The notes: generated by a model from the sequence alone, not told the origin. Counted from the first letter of the stretch, positions 24,700 through 37,184 are shown. The stretch: DNA of 64,000 bases from Octopus sinensis (GCF_006345805.1 NC_043004.1:682001-746000), one strand, 5' to 3'. Numbers and translations: made by a program.

Positions 24700-25650
24700 T
24701 TCATGGTATTTGCATCTGATGGATTTGGTGTCAAGAAGTTTGGTGCTACATGATCGTAAAGATTGTCTGAATCCTTTCTTGGACTACGTACGCTTTCTGA
24801 GAAGGTGTTGAATCTTGTTGAAGCGCGTATACCCATCCACTGTGTAAATCATCCACCCAGGGCTTTTTACAACGCGTTCCTTTCTATTACAGGCACAAAG
24901 CCTGAAGTTTGGTGGGAGAGGGTGCCAGTCGATTAGATCGACTTCAGTACATACCTGGTACTTAATTTATCGACTCCAAAAGGATGAAAGGCAAAGTTCG
25001 CGAAGCATTTCGTCCAGCTTGCTAACGATTCTGCCACCTCAACGTATCCAGCAGCATTAATTCTATGACATTTTAGGAGAATGTGAGTTGCTATGACTTG
25101 AACCTTCATTACTCACCGCTCCTAAAATTATCAGTGTTGCTGGAAACTTAATGTGCACCACTCTGAGGACCCTCTTATACTTTTGGCTTTGGTTGAAGCT
25201 TTTCCCATCAGAGGAGAACCAAAGCACGCTAAGTTTGCGAAGGTTTTAACTTTGTTGGTAGCTGCTTAGCACAGAGCGAACGGTTTTCCTGTGTCTTTGC
25301 AGATATGAATTGGCCTCTTCTCAACACATGGAACTTCTATAGAATGTCGTTGGGGGTCACAGTTCTGATTATTTACTATGAGACTTGAGATTCTTTTGCG
25401 ATGACCCTCATTGTTTCCCCCGAATCATCATTGATAAGGTGTATGATTTGAGGAATCGTCATAGTGTGCGAACGTTTAGAAACATGTTCCCTCCTTGATA
25501 GAGTTAAAACACTCTCGTTAAAGGTCTCTAATTCCACACAAGTATTGCATGCAAAAGATCTTGCAACAATTAGAAAGTTGACAATTTCCAAATCGCTGCT
25601 CCGCATATACAGCAACAATGACTGCATGCCTTTTCCTTTTTTATGTCAGC
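24700..25650 (-). pseudogene. Tc1/mariner-superfamily transposase pseudogene, maT/DD37D-like, interrupted by SINE B
   Basis: Across frameshifts: SDLEIVNFLIVARSF...MRVIAKESQVS; LRRGQFISAKTQENR; LWFSSDGKSFNQ; VVHIKFPATLIILGAVSNEG; KPWVDD..VYALQQDSTPSQKA; YDHVAPNFLTPNPSDANTMNCYFW. Confidence 0.85.
24875..25040 (-). mobile_element. SINE family B inserted in the maT transposase
   Basis: CTGGTACTTAATTTATCGACTCCAAAAGGATGAAAGGCAAAG...GCTAACGATTCTGCCA; the transposase frame flanks it on both sides. Confidence 0.8.
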
Positions 25651-25694
25651 GTTTTATCAGGTATGAGGTCTGAAAGAAATAAAACCCCTTAGAT

Positions 25695-28600
25695 CAGTGC
25701 TTCCCAAACTTTTCGCGCAAAATTGCAATATCGCCCACCTATCGATCAAAACATGCTCCATCACCCACCTGTTTATAAATAACATGACACAACCCCGCCA
25801 ACACAAAATTCCCTAGCCCCCACCCTGTATCATTTAACACACACTATATCGTAGATTCGTTGCCCTGTTAGTGCCGTTTGTACTAAATATGCGGTTGTTT
25901 ACAAATCCCTTATTGAGGGTTTAGTTTTGCCATTAGTGTGAATAAAATTCTAACGTTAACTCTATGTTATGCAGACAGATTAAATTCTGGAAACTTGCGC
26001 TTTCTTTTACACTGATTTTCATTTTCCCCAAATGAACCATTGATCAGAACTACCGATGCAAAAATAATTAATGATTTTATTATAAAGGAAAAGAATGCAA
26101 TTTTTTAATGAGAACCATGTGTTTGGTGCGACGCAGCTACTGCTGATACATTCGGTTTCAAACTTGTCAACTTTAGCCGCAAGTCTCCTCGTTGTATCAC
26201 ATCCAGTTCAATTCTTTTATGGGAAAATAAAGTTCCAACATGGTTAAAACCAGATTCAACCAGGTATGAGGTAGGGAAGACAAGCAAAAGTAATTTCAGA
26301 TGTTTCTACAGACTGGAGTAGGAATTCAATATACACTGATGCTACCACAAACCTTCTTTGCCATTACGGTGGTATCGCATTGTGGCGTCATTATCATTTT
26401 GTAATTCTATCAATTCCTACTGAACGTCATCCTCGCAATCAACTGCATCGACCTCAAACGGATTGCTATACCAATTCGGCATATTCAGCACAATAACATC
26501 TTGAAATCGCTCCACAAGGATATGGTGCAATGATTGTAAATAGCTGCAATATGTAGTTAAATCCTCATCAACTAATTCATCTTTCAAAGAATCAAGTTGT
26601 GCCAATTGATCGAATTGAAGTTTGGAAATGTTAGTCTTTTACAACATCAATTTCGAAATGAAGGTGGTGATAAATGATTTACAATCAATGAAAGTTTTTG
26701 TTTGCTTGCGATTACTTATTCAAATCATTTAATTTTGTGAATATATCACAAAGAAAAAAAGATATCGCACCTTGCAGCCATCAATGGAGCTGAGAGTGGA
26801 GTCTCTTCAAAGAAAGATATGATTATATGAAACAGTTCAACAAAGCGTAAAACACAGTTTCCTTTTGATAACCACCGCACTTCGATATGGTATAAGAGTG
26901 GTCCTCATAATTTCTCAGACAGAGTTGACGGAAAATTCGATCAGACAAGGGACTTGACTTCAATTTTTTCATAGTCTTGATAACTAACTGAAGTGCATCA
27001 TTTAATCTACTGTTCGTATTTTTTGCCACTAAATGCTGCCGGTGTGCCAAGCAATAAACAGTTGGTATCTGGTGGGAAATTTCATGCTTTAGGAGAGATG
27101 AAAAGCCTCTGTATCTTCCTATCAACGAAGGGGCTCCATCAGACGCACAGGCAAGAATATTATTGAGTGGAATATTATGTTCAAAAAGGAAAGACTTGAG
27201 AGTGTGAAAAATAGTTGCACCTTTTGAATCAAGCGGCAATTTCTCTGTGAATAGTATTTCGTCACAAGGTTGAAGATCTTCACTGAAATACCGAACATAT
27301 ACCATCATCAAACATTGATTGTCCGCAACAATTGACTCATCCACTTATTTAGAAAATTCAGAACGCTGGAGAATATTAATGAGCTGATGTTTGACATCTT
27401 TGGCCATTTCCTCGATGCTTCGAGAAATTGTGTTATTACTAAGTGGGATCTTCTTCATAATGTTATCGAGTTTTTCGTGCATAACGGTTGACAAAACCTC
27501 TTCGATAACTGGGCGAAGAAATGTTTCTCTAATTGTGTAAAACTTCCCAGACTTAGCAACAAGCAATGCTATGTTGTACGATGCAATCAACCCGTCATTC
27601 TCCTGATAACCAGTTTCCTGGAGCAGTGCGTTGAATGTTTGTATTTGCTTTTTGAAAGAGGAGCACAGTTGCAAAAAGTATGATAACGGCTTGTTCTTCT
27701 TGTCAGAATGCTTTGCATCAAAGGGATACTTCAAGCGTGAAGGTTTCATTGCTTCGTTGGTCAATGTTTTATGGCAAAGAAGGCACATTGGTAACTGACA
27801 GTTCTAAGGAGAGGGAATAAATCCAAACAATAAATAATCACTACTGTACTGTCGATAAATTTTCGTGACTGGAGACATCAGTAAAGTGAAAATGTGAAAA
27901 CGAATTTCTACAGAAGGCGTCAGAAAGACAGTATGGTATTCCCGAAGAGAAGACGTCAATAGAGCAGAGTCGGATGACACGTCTTTACTGGAGCAAATAC
28001 AGATCTAGTTCGTTTGACAGCCAGCATTTAAAAAATTACAGTGTAACGAAAATTTCAAAATTTGGCACATTAATGTACCTTTCCAAGATAAATTGCTGGA
28101 GTTATTCAACTTTTCCCAGGAAAATATTTAAAAAAAGTTATTGAGGTTTAAAGTTTGATTATTTTCACCCAGCCAAGAAACACGATTTCAGAGCCCTCAT
28201 TTGTGCGTGACTGCATATTTTGTCAACATCCTGAAAATAGCACTTGTGCTTTGATATGAAACCACAGAATTACGCACGCCGTATAACCCCTCACAACTTT
28301 TTTATTTTTCAGAGATTTCGGGAAATTTTTGCGCATTTGAATTCTACACGCAGGACTTCATACGATGATGCCAAAAAGAAAAGAAAAATTGTTGTGGAGT
28401 GAGATTTGGCTGCTATGTTTAGCACGCATGAAAATCATCTCAATGACTGTGACAAAAATATTCGATCAATAAACAAGTTCGCGTTTTTAATTCAAAGGGA
28501 CGTCTCATGCAAGTGCACCCTTATTCTAGGCATCAGGAGATATCAGTAAATGCAGACTTATTTTCTAAAAATTCATTGTCACGCACAAAATGTTCATATC

Positions 28601-28710
28601 GCCCGCCAAAATCTCAATTCGCTCACCATTTTCTAGAAATTCGCCCATAGCCCACCTGTAATTTGAACTCGCCTACCGGTGGGCGATATCGCCCACTTTG
28701 GGAAGCTATG
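25695..28710 (-). mobile_element. hAT (Buster-subfamily) DNA transposon with both ends present
   Basis: TIRs CAGTGCTTCCCAAA and reverse complement CATAGCTTCCCAAA (12/14); 8-bp TSD CCTTAGAT (25687-25694) and CTTTAGAT (28711-28718) with the Buster NNNTANNN pattern. Confidence 0.9.
26105..27878 (-). pseudogene. hAT/Buster (ZBED5/ZBED8-like) transposase pseudogene
   Basis: MSPVTKIYRQYSSDYLLFGFIPSP*NCQLPMCLLCHKTLTNEAMKPSRLK; DES first catalytic D; ACASDGAPS; VYCLAHRQHL; C-terminal FPTSYLVESGF; several stops and frameshifts. Confidence 0.92.
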
Positions 28711-29821
28711 CTTTAGATGGTTTGAAGATAGGAATATTCTCCCCTCAATTAGCCTTCGTAGTTTCTTTATACACAACACACACAGACGCGCGCGCGCGCA
28801 CACACACACCTCTGCACATATATATGCCTGTGTATGTGCGTATATGAGTGTATGTGAGTAGGTGAATGTGAGCGTATCTGAATTGTGTGAATGTGTGTGT
28901 GTATGAGAGAGAGTGAGGGTGAAGGAGAGAGAGAGAAAGAGAGAGAGAGAGAGACTATGCGAGAGCATTTGTTCAACAACACTGCGGAGACATTTGTTCA
29001 CTTGAAAATAGGTTTTAAAAAAATAGAAAGAATAAAAAAGAGAAAAAGAAAGACAGGAGACAAAATACTAACTACCATGGCAACGATATTGGCTGACAGT
29101 ATTGTTGGCCTCGAAATTTTGTCTATTCATGGCTAATGCAAAACACGATCTCCATAGTCTTATTTTAAGTTTGAAAATGCATACACAACTCAATCCACTG
29201 CACATGCACACATGAGCGACCATACAGGTGCTGTTACATAACTATAAACACAATTGGCAGAGCAGTTAAGCGTCGGAACAGATTTTGTTCTAACTCCCTG
29301 CTCTCTGTGTTCAAATCCCACCCAGGTAAATAAATTTCTCCTTTCATCCCTTTCAGGATCGAGAAAACGTGTCGATCTAGAAGGTGGATCGGCGTAACTA
29401 TAAGCATGTCGGACCAAAAGCGTTGCACTGTTTGTTCCGATTCCCTCCGGTCTGAGCTATAATCCTGCTGAGGTCGACTTTACCATTGCACTCATTCGAG
29501 GGTGATTTAAAAATGTATAAATCCAGTGGGTGGATCGGCGGAAGTGTAAAAACGTCGGACTGGATGAATACTTCGTGATAATTGTCCTATCTCTTTGCAG
29601 TATGAGTTCAAATCCCGTCATAGCTTACTTGGATGGTAAACTTAATCTATGGCCCGGTTTAACACCCCTACCTGCTACCCTTGGGTGCCTTTAGCAAAAT
29701 CCATTCTGGTCAAGCATTCTGGCTAGGAATCCAGTTTCAGGTTACCTTTGTCCCTACGCTCATCGATCTCAGAGGCCATTTAAAGGGTTATGGGCCATGC
29801 CTTCCATCCTGATTAAATTAT

Positions 29822-30020
29822 CTTTTACCTTTTGTTTCAGTCATTTGAATGCGGTCATGCTGGGGCACCATCTAGAAGCGATTTTAGTCGAATGAATCTA
29901 TCCACCAGTATTTCCTTTTTTAAAAGCCCGATATTTATTCTATCGGTGTCTTTTGCCGAACCGTTAAGTTGCGGGATGTAAGCACACTAACACCGATTGT
30001 CAATCGGTGGTACACACACA
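29822..30020 (-). mobile_element. SINE family A, 3' half
   Basis: TTTCAGTCATTTGAATGCGGTCATGCTGGGGCACC...TTGCCGAACCGTTAAG. Confidence 0.8.
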
Positions 30021-30189
30021 AACATGTCGTCCCATGTATACACAAATATCCGACCCAAAGTGGGAGTCGCAACGTAGTCACTCGATCTGCTAGAAATAAC
30101 AGCGAAATCCCCTTCAAATCGCACCCACATCGTCTTCAACAGAAGACCACATGACATAATACAGTCTTAAAACAACAACAGCAACAGTA

Positions 30190-30560
30190 ATAATGTTTTC
30201 TAGTAAAGGCCTAAGGCCTGAAATTCCAGGGGAGGGGACTAGTCAATTACATCGACCCAACTGTTTCACTGATATATATTTTATCGGCCCCGAAAGGATG
30301 AAAGCAAAGTCAACCCCAGCGAAATTTGAAACCAACAACAACAATAATAATAATTTCTTTTATTAGCTACAGGGGTCATTACATACAGGATGGGGAGAAA
30401 GACGTGGAAAAAACCCCAGTGAAATGCGATCAAAATTTGCATAGGGATACAGAAACTACTGGTGTAGGACAAACTCCATTAAGGGCCAATCAATGAACTC
30501 CACAGAACCGCTAAGCATTTTGTCCGGAGTGCTAACGGTTCTGCCAGCTCGCCGCCTTTA
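30190..30560 (-). mobile_element. SINE family B split by an unrelated insert (about 30335-30500)
   Basis: Body and tail at 30190-30330; head CCGCTAAGCATTTTGTCCGG...CTGCCAGCTCGCCGCC at about 30505-30556. Confidence 0.65.
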
Positions 30561-30574
30561 TAATTATAATACAA

Positions 30575-30782
30575 ATACTCTTTACTCTCTTTTTACTCTT
30601 TTACTTCTTTCAGTCATTTGACTGCGGCCATGCTGGAGCACCGCCATTAGTCGAGCAAATCGACCCCAGGACTTATTCTTTGTAAGCCTAGTACTTATTC
30701 TATCGGTCTCTTTTGCCGAACCGCTAAGCTACGTGGGCGTAAATACACCAGCCTCGGTTGTCAAGCGATGTTGTGGGTACAA

Positions 30783-30834
<52 letters not shown>

Positions 30835-30843
30835 GCGCGCGCG

Positions 30844-30882
<39 letters not shown>

Positions 30883-30985
30883 ATATATACGACGGGCTTT
30901 TTTCAGTTTCTGTCTACCAAATCCACTCGCAAGGCTTTGGTCGGCCCGAGGCTATAGCAGAAGACACTTGCCCCAGGTGCCATGA
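30575..30985 (-). mobile_element. SINE family A, young copy lacking the extreme 5' head
   Basis: Near-consensus tail and body; internal (CA)n. Confidence 0.9.
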
Positions 30986-31093
30986 TAATTTTTTTTGTAC
31001 AAGTAGAGATAAATATATTTTTTTCAACGTGTAAATACTGACAGAACATCATATGTAGGACAAAATCCTTACAGAGCAGAAAAAAACTCAGTA

Positions 31094-31165
31094 ACCAGCC
31101 ATGAGACTCGAACTCACACCCCTTCAATTTCTGGTCAAAGTGCTTTACTAATTAAGCTAAGCTGC
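31094..31165 (-). pseudogene. tRNA-like sequence (tRNA pseudogene or orphan SINE head)
   Basis: GCAGCTTAGCTTAATTAGTAAAGCACTTTGACCAGAAATTGAAGGGGTGTGAGTTCGAGTCTCATGGCTGG: A-box-like TAGCTTAATTAG, B-box-like GAGTTCGAGTCTC, imperfect stems. Confidence 0.4.
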
Positions 31166-31324
31166 TTTACTGACAAATTCTTCTAGGGGTACAAATGAGG
31201 TGGGGATATCAAGAGACAATTATTTGTGTGAGGGAGATAGACAAAATTAAGTGAATTCACGGTTGAATCGGTTTTGATAATAATGAGGAGATCTGCTTAG
31301 TGAGAGTAGAACTGGGGCTAAACA

Positions 31325-31463
31325 GCACCATCACCAGCGTCAGCAGCAGCCTCAGCAACAGCAGCAGCATCACCACCAGAGCCACACCACCACCACCACC
31401 ACCACCACCATCAACTACAACAACAACAACAGTGCTATCTCCTCCATCCCCACCATCAAAACC

Positions 31464-31510
<47 letters not shown>

Positions 31511-31559
31511 CAGTGCCATCTCCTCCATCCCCACCATCAAAACCACCACCACCACCACC

Positions 31560-31591
<32 letters not shown>

Positions 31592-31720
31592 CAACAACAA
31601 CACTGCCATCTCCTCCATCCCCACCTTCAAAACCACCACCTTCACCAGTGCCATCTCTACCACGACGACGACCGCCACCATTAAAACCACCACCATCACC
31701 ACCACCACCACCACCACTAT
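31325..31720. repeat. Higher-order trinucleotide minisatellite: (CCA)n-(ACA)n-GTGCCATCTCCTCCATCCCCACCATCAAAA, about 3.5 units
   Basis: Fixed block of about 30 bp recurs at about 31432, 31512 and 31602. Confidence 0.9.
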
Positions 31721-32326
31721 GTGCACGAAGCATACACTGTGACACTCGCTTTCAAATCACAGAAAAAGAGATAAAATGAAGAGAAAAATACATCTCTAAA
31801 ACCAAAGTTTATGGATACGCATGATTGCACGCGTTATTTCATCCATGCGCAAGACACAGCGGAAGTAACGTGCAGGATTTCTTCTCGTATATTTGTATTA
31901 TTTGTATTGTTTTGTTTGTTTGTTGTTTGTTTTATCAGTTGGTTTTAGTGACTGTTAGTAAGCTGGTGAGTTTAGTATATACAGTTTTAGCAGTAAACTC
32001 ATACGTGACCAAGCGTAATCGGAAAGCCAGGAATGAGTGAGACACATGTTGACACATACACACACATACACACTCACACACACACACACGTACACACACT
32101 CAGACACTCGCGGTGATTACAACACTCACCGAAAACTCATCTTTGAGGATTATCTGATTGATGAAATACTTTCTAGAAGGACAACAGTGACAGTATCACC
32201 AACACGACCACCACGATCAAATAAATTGAACTATACTATTGAAAAAGATACACACAGGACATATATACAAAACCCAACTATCTACGTTACTGGATATGTA
32301 TGGAATTGATGTCAAATAACAACGTG

Positions 32327-32396
<70 letters not shown>

Positions 32397-32891
32397 GTAA
32401 TAATAATAATAGTAATAAGATTATTATTATTATTTAGTTAGTGGTTTGTTTATCAACATTATCGACAACTTCAATGACAGTTTATTTTGAAGTGAAAACA
32501 AAAAAACATTAAAAGTTTACAGACAGTTCGGAGAAACTTAAATGAGTCCGTTTTACGCCGAGAAAGAAACAGACAATATCGTTATTAAACATAATAATTA
32601 TAACTGTTATTATAATAACAATAATAGTAATAAAATTATTATTATTATTATTGTTATCATAATCGTGCCGTAAGAAAAGGAACTAAAGTGGCAGGAAGTA
32701 ACCAAGTAAGAGGATTTTTTTCATATATTTATTTATGTCTATACATGCACAAATATGCACACACACATACATACATGCACACACCGGGTGAACTGGATCT
32801 CTTTCACTATGTATTTTGATATAATCATGCATTTCACGAATATACGAGTGCATAACGTTTTTCCATTTATGGATTCTTGGACAATATACGG

Positions 32892-32933
<42 letters not shown>

Positions 32934-32939
32934 ATATCT

Positions 32940-33148
32940 CTTTTAGTCTTTTACTTGTTTTCAGTCATTTGACTGCGGCCATGCTGGAGCACCGCCTTTA
33001 GTCGTGCAAATCGACCCCAGGACTTATTCTTTGTAAGCCTTGTAATTATTCTATCGGTCTCTTTTGCCGAACCGCTCAGTTACGTGAACGTAAACACACC
33101 ACCATCGGTTGTCAAGCGATGTTGGGGGACAATCACAAACACATAAAT

Positions 33149-33230
<82 letters not shown>

Positions 33231-33365
33231 GACAGGCTTCTTCCAGTTTCCGTCTACCAAATCCACTCACAAGGCTTTGGTCGGCCCGAGGCTATAGTAG
33301 AAGACACTTGCCCAAGCATGTGGTTGGTAAGCAAGCTACTTACCACACAGCCACTCCTGCGCCTA
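32940..33365 (-). mobile_element. SINE family A, near full length (internal head deletion)
   Basis: Consensus-like tail and body; ends ...CTACTTACCACACAGCCACTCCTGCGCC. Confidence 0.9.
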
Positions 33366-33859
33366 TGTACATATATATGTGAATGCATATGTATATATGT
33401 ACATAATATCTATGAATATATGTAAATATACATACATGCATACATATATACGTACATACACATATACACATACATTTATACATAATACATGCACACGTAC
33501 ATACATACATACATACATACATACATACATAAATGATAAAATGTATGGTAAATAAACAAACGACTTAAAGTATCCTGAGTGAATAAACCGGACGGGAGAT
33601 AGACACAGATGGTCCCTTATTCTTCAGTTAACAACCAATTCGTGCGGTTGTACACTTAGCGTACATTATGACGGTTGTTTACTTACCATACATTTTTCAT
33701 TTATTAAGTAACGGAACACAACACACACCGAATTTGTACATACATACATGCATGCATACATAGATACATACATACATACATACATACATACATACATGCA
33801 TACATACACACATACACACATTTATATATACATACCTACGTACGTTAATGCAGACAATC

Positions 33860-34234
33860 GGAGGCGCAATGGCCCAGTGGTTAGGGCAGCGGACTCGCGG
33901 TCATAGGATCGCGGTTTCGATTCCCAGACCGGGCGTTGTGAGTGTTTATTGAGCGAAAACACCTATAGCTCCACGAGGCTCCGGCAGGGGATGGTGGTGA
34001 TCCCTGCTGTACTCTTTCACCACAACTTTCTCTCACTCTTACTTCCTGTTTCTGTTGTACCTGTATTTCAAAGGGCCGGCCTTGTGTCACGCTGAATATC
34101 CCAAGAACTACGTTAAGGGTACACGTGTCTGTGGAGTGCTCAGCCACTTACACGTTAATTTCACGAGCAGGCTGTTCCGTTGATTCGGATCAACCGGAAC
34201 CCTCGTCGTCGTAACCGACGGAGTGCTTCCATCC
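33860..34234 (+). mobile_element. Full-length tRNA-derived SINE (family D) with target-site duplication
   Basis: Head GGAGGCGCAATGGCCCAGTGGTTAGGGC...GGTTTCGATTCCC (A and B boxes); flanking AATGCAGACAATC (33847-33859) and AATGCATACAATC (34235-34247). Confidence 0.9.
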
Positions 34235-34618
34235 AATGCATACAATCGTTTCGAACAGCGATATTAAAATCATGCAAATTCATGGTTGAATAAAAATAAT
34301 TGAATTAGTTCAATTAATTTAATTATATATTACTGTGCTTATCAATGCGAGACGTATAAACAATTTTTTTTTTTTTACAATGGACTTGATAAAGGAAGTA
34401 GCAGAGTAAGATTTTGGAGATTCATATTTATTCTTATGAGACAGAATGAAGAGGTGTGAATACGGGATACCTTTCCATAAATTCGCAACACACCATATAC
34501 AAGTATTCTTTTCATATTCGCAAACTTACACCAGTAAGCTACCAGCAAAATATGAAGACTCTATATTAGAAATTTTTTTTGGAATCCTTCAGATTAAAGG
34601 ACGAAATTTAATCCAACC

Positions 34619-34684
<66 letters not shown>

Positions 34685-34743
34685 CATAAACTGAATAAAC
34701 AGAGTCAATAGGAAGGAGTACGTTTAGATAGCTATTTAATAAA

Positions 34744-34844
34744 CACTACACACGTTTCGATACAACATAGATCCACATATACACAGGATTTAAATTAATA
34801 AACGGTTTACCTGTATAATGGGACCAGTTGTATCTCCTCAGGTG
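34744..34844 (-). ncRNA. Type I minimal hammerhead ribozyme motif, canonical core, extended stem II
   Basis: CAC-CUGAGGA-GAUACAAC...GUUGUAUC-GAAA-CGUGUG-UA-GUG: stem I 3 bp, stem II 8 bp, GUA triplet. Confidence 0.7.
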
Positions 34845-34899
34845 ACATATAATGTGTTAGCTTCAAAGTCAAAGATTTACTTACGGGGACAACGATTAC

Positions 34900-35002
34900 A
34901 TCCTGAGGAGATGCAACTGGATGCCGTTATACAGGTAAACCGTTGCTTAATTCAAATCCTGTGTATATGTGGATCTATGTTAGTATCGAAACTTGTGTAG
35001 TG
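34900..35002 (+). ncRNA. Second, inverted hammerhead copy with damaged stem I
   Basis: AUC-CUGAGGA-GAUGC...GUAUC-GAAA-CUUGUG-UA-GUG. Confidence 0.55.
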
Positions 35003-35268
35003 TTTAAATAGCTGTCTCAACGTACTTCTTCCTGTTGACTCTATTTATTCGATGTTTATTTTTCACACACGATGAATGCCTAAGCCTAGACTTCGAACAC
35101 TACCGGTTATTTAGTAATTCTAAGGGTGAACGAACTCTATTTTGTACTCTAGTACGCTCCTAACAGAATACACTTTAAATATATATATCAAAATGTAACC
35201 ACATGTGGATCGTTGGAGATCTTTTCCCTCCCGTTTTCCTTTTCTCTTGGACTTTCTTCCGTCTCCTG

Positions 35269-35301
35269 TTTCTGACGAAGAGCTTTGCTCGAAATGTAAA
35301 A
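35269..35301 (+). ncRNA. Minimal hammerhead-like motif with an extra A after A9, in a Penelope-like pLTR remnant (about 35200-35400)
   Basis: UUU-CUGACGA-A-GAGC-UUU-GCUC-GAAA-UG-UA-AAA. Confidence 0.6.
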
Positions 35302-35411
35302 CTACTTTACTTTCCTTCCCTGAGCGACTGCTAATACTTTGCATGTGCCACGTCCTCGCGTTGTTATTTTTTCCCTTGTGTTTGCTCTTCGTTTTGTTTG
35401 AAGATTTACTA

Positions 35412-35541
<130 letters not shown>

Positions 35542-36039
35542 TACATACATATATACATGCATACAGACACACACACACACAAATATATATATATATATAT
35601 ATATATTACATTTATTTATTTGTTTGTTTGTTTGGATGTGTGTGTATGTATGCATGCATGTGTGTATGTGTGTAAAAATAAACGTCTCTTAGTTTAAGAA
35701 CATTAAAAACCCATCTATTACAATTTTCATATGACGTTGTACTCTAAGATTAACAAATTAATCATTATTGGAATATATGATCGCAAATTAGAAGAATCGT
35801 TAGGTTGTCTGATATATCATCCCGCGCGACATACTCTTTCTGGCTGTTCGAGTCTGAGTTCCGATCCCATTGAGGTCGACTTTGACTTATAATTTTTTTA
35901 GGGTCAATGAAATACAAGCCAAGGACAGTCGAACTGTGGTAATAATAATGAAAAAAAAAAAGTATCAGACGAGAGGCATTGCAATATCCCTTCTGGTTCT
36001 TTGCTGTTCTGATTGCAGTGGCTCCGACGACACGTGCAT

Positions 36040-36410
36040 GCCACATACATACATACATACATAGATGCATACATACATACATACATACATACATACATAC
36101 ATACATGCATACATACATGCATACATACATACATACATACATACATACATACATACATACATGCCTACACACATGCATACATACATACATACATACATAT
36201 ATACATACATACATGCATGCATACATACATATATACATACATACATACATGCATACATACATACATAGATGCGTACATACATACACACATACATACATAC
36301 ATAAATACATACATACATACATACATGCATACATACATAAATACATACATAATACATACATACATACATACATACATACATAATACATACATACAATAAA
36401 TACATGCATG
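36040..36410. repeat. (ATAC)n microsatellite, degenerate
   Basis: Direct reading. Confidence 0.95.
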
Positions 36411-36719
36411 CATATTTATCTACTATGAATTTTTTAAATTTTGAACTCTCATCCAACATATTGTATGAATATGAAATTGTTAATCGATTCGAACAATTCT
36501 TTATGGAATCCTTTACCTTGAATTTTTATCTCTTTATTTGTCACTCTTGCATTCGGTACCTGAACCCAACGTACATGATGCATAGTTTTCAAATATGACA
36601 TTTAAGGGTAGTTTTGTTCACTGATTTATAAATTTATATATTTAGTTCGTTGTGTGTTTAAAATTATGCTTTGGAACTTGTATTGATTGCCTGGATGTTC
36701 CTTCTATAATTTCCTAATT

Positions 36720-36925
36720 CTTTACTACCCACAAGGGGCTAAACACAGAGGGGACAAACACGGACAGACAAATGGATTAAGTGCGTAACTGGTACTTAAT
36801 TTGTCGACCCCGAAAGGATGAAAGGCAAAGTCGACCTGGGCGGAATTTGAACTCAGAACGTAACGGCAGACGAAATACGGCTACGCATTTCACCCGGCGT
36901 GCTAACGATTCTGCCAGCTCGCCCT
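36720..36925 (-). mobile_element. SINE family B, full head and tail variant i
   Basis: Reverse complement GGCGAGCTGGCAGAATCGTTAGCACGCCGGG...TTTAGCCCCTTGTGGGTAGTAAAG. Confidence 0.9.
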
Positions 36926-37184
36926 ATAGTTTCCCTTATCCTACATACATACATACATGCGTGCATGCATGCATATATGTATGTGTATATGTATGTGTAT
37001 ATGTATGCATGGATGCATACATGCATATAGTGACATCGGCGACACATGTGTATGCTACATACATGCATATATACATGTGTGCCTACATACATACATATAT
37101 ACATGTGTGCATGCATGTATGCATGTATGTATGTATGTAAGCATAGATGCATGTATGAATGTATGTATACATACATATGTATTG

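Larger units (their letters stand above)
34687..35062. mobile_element. Fold-back element next to (CA)n, with about 155-bp arms each containing a hammerhead motif
   Basis: About 34687-34844 is inverted against about 34900-35062 (roughly 85-90% identity by eye). Confidence 0.8.

Noticed and set aside
29072-29084. RFX X-box-like CCATGGCAAC
   Set aside because: Only a half-site match with no supporting promoter evidence.
33860-33935. Functional tRNA gene
   Set aside because: A and B boxes are present, but the cloverleaf is imperfect and it continues into a SINE body bounded by a TSD.
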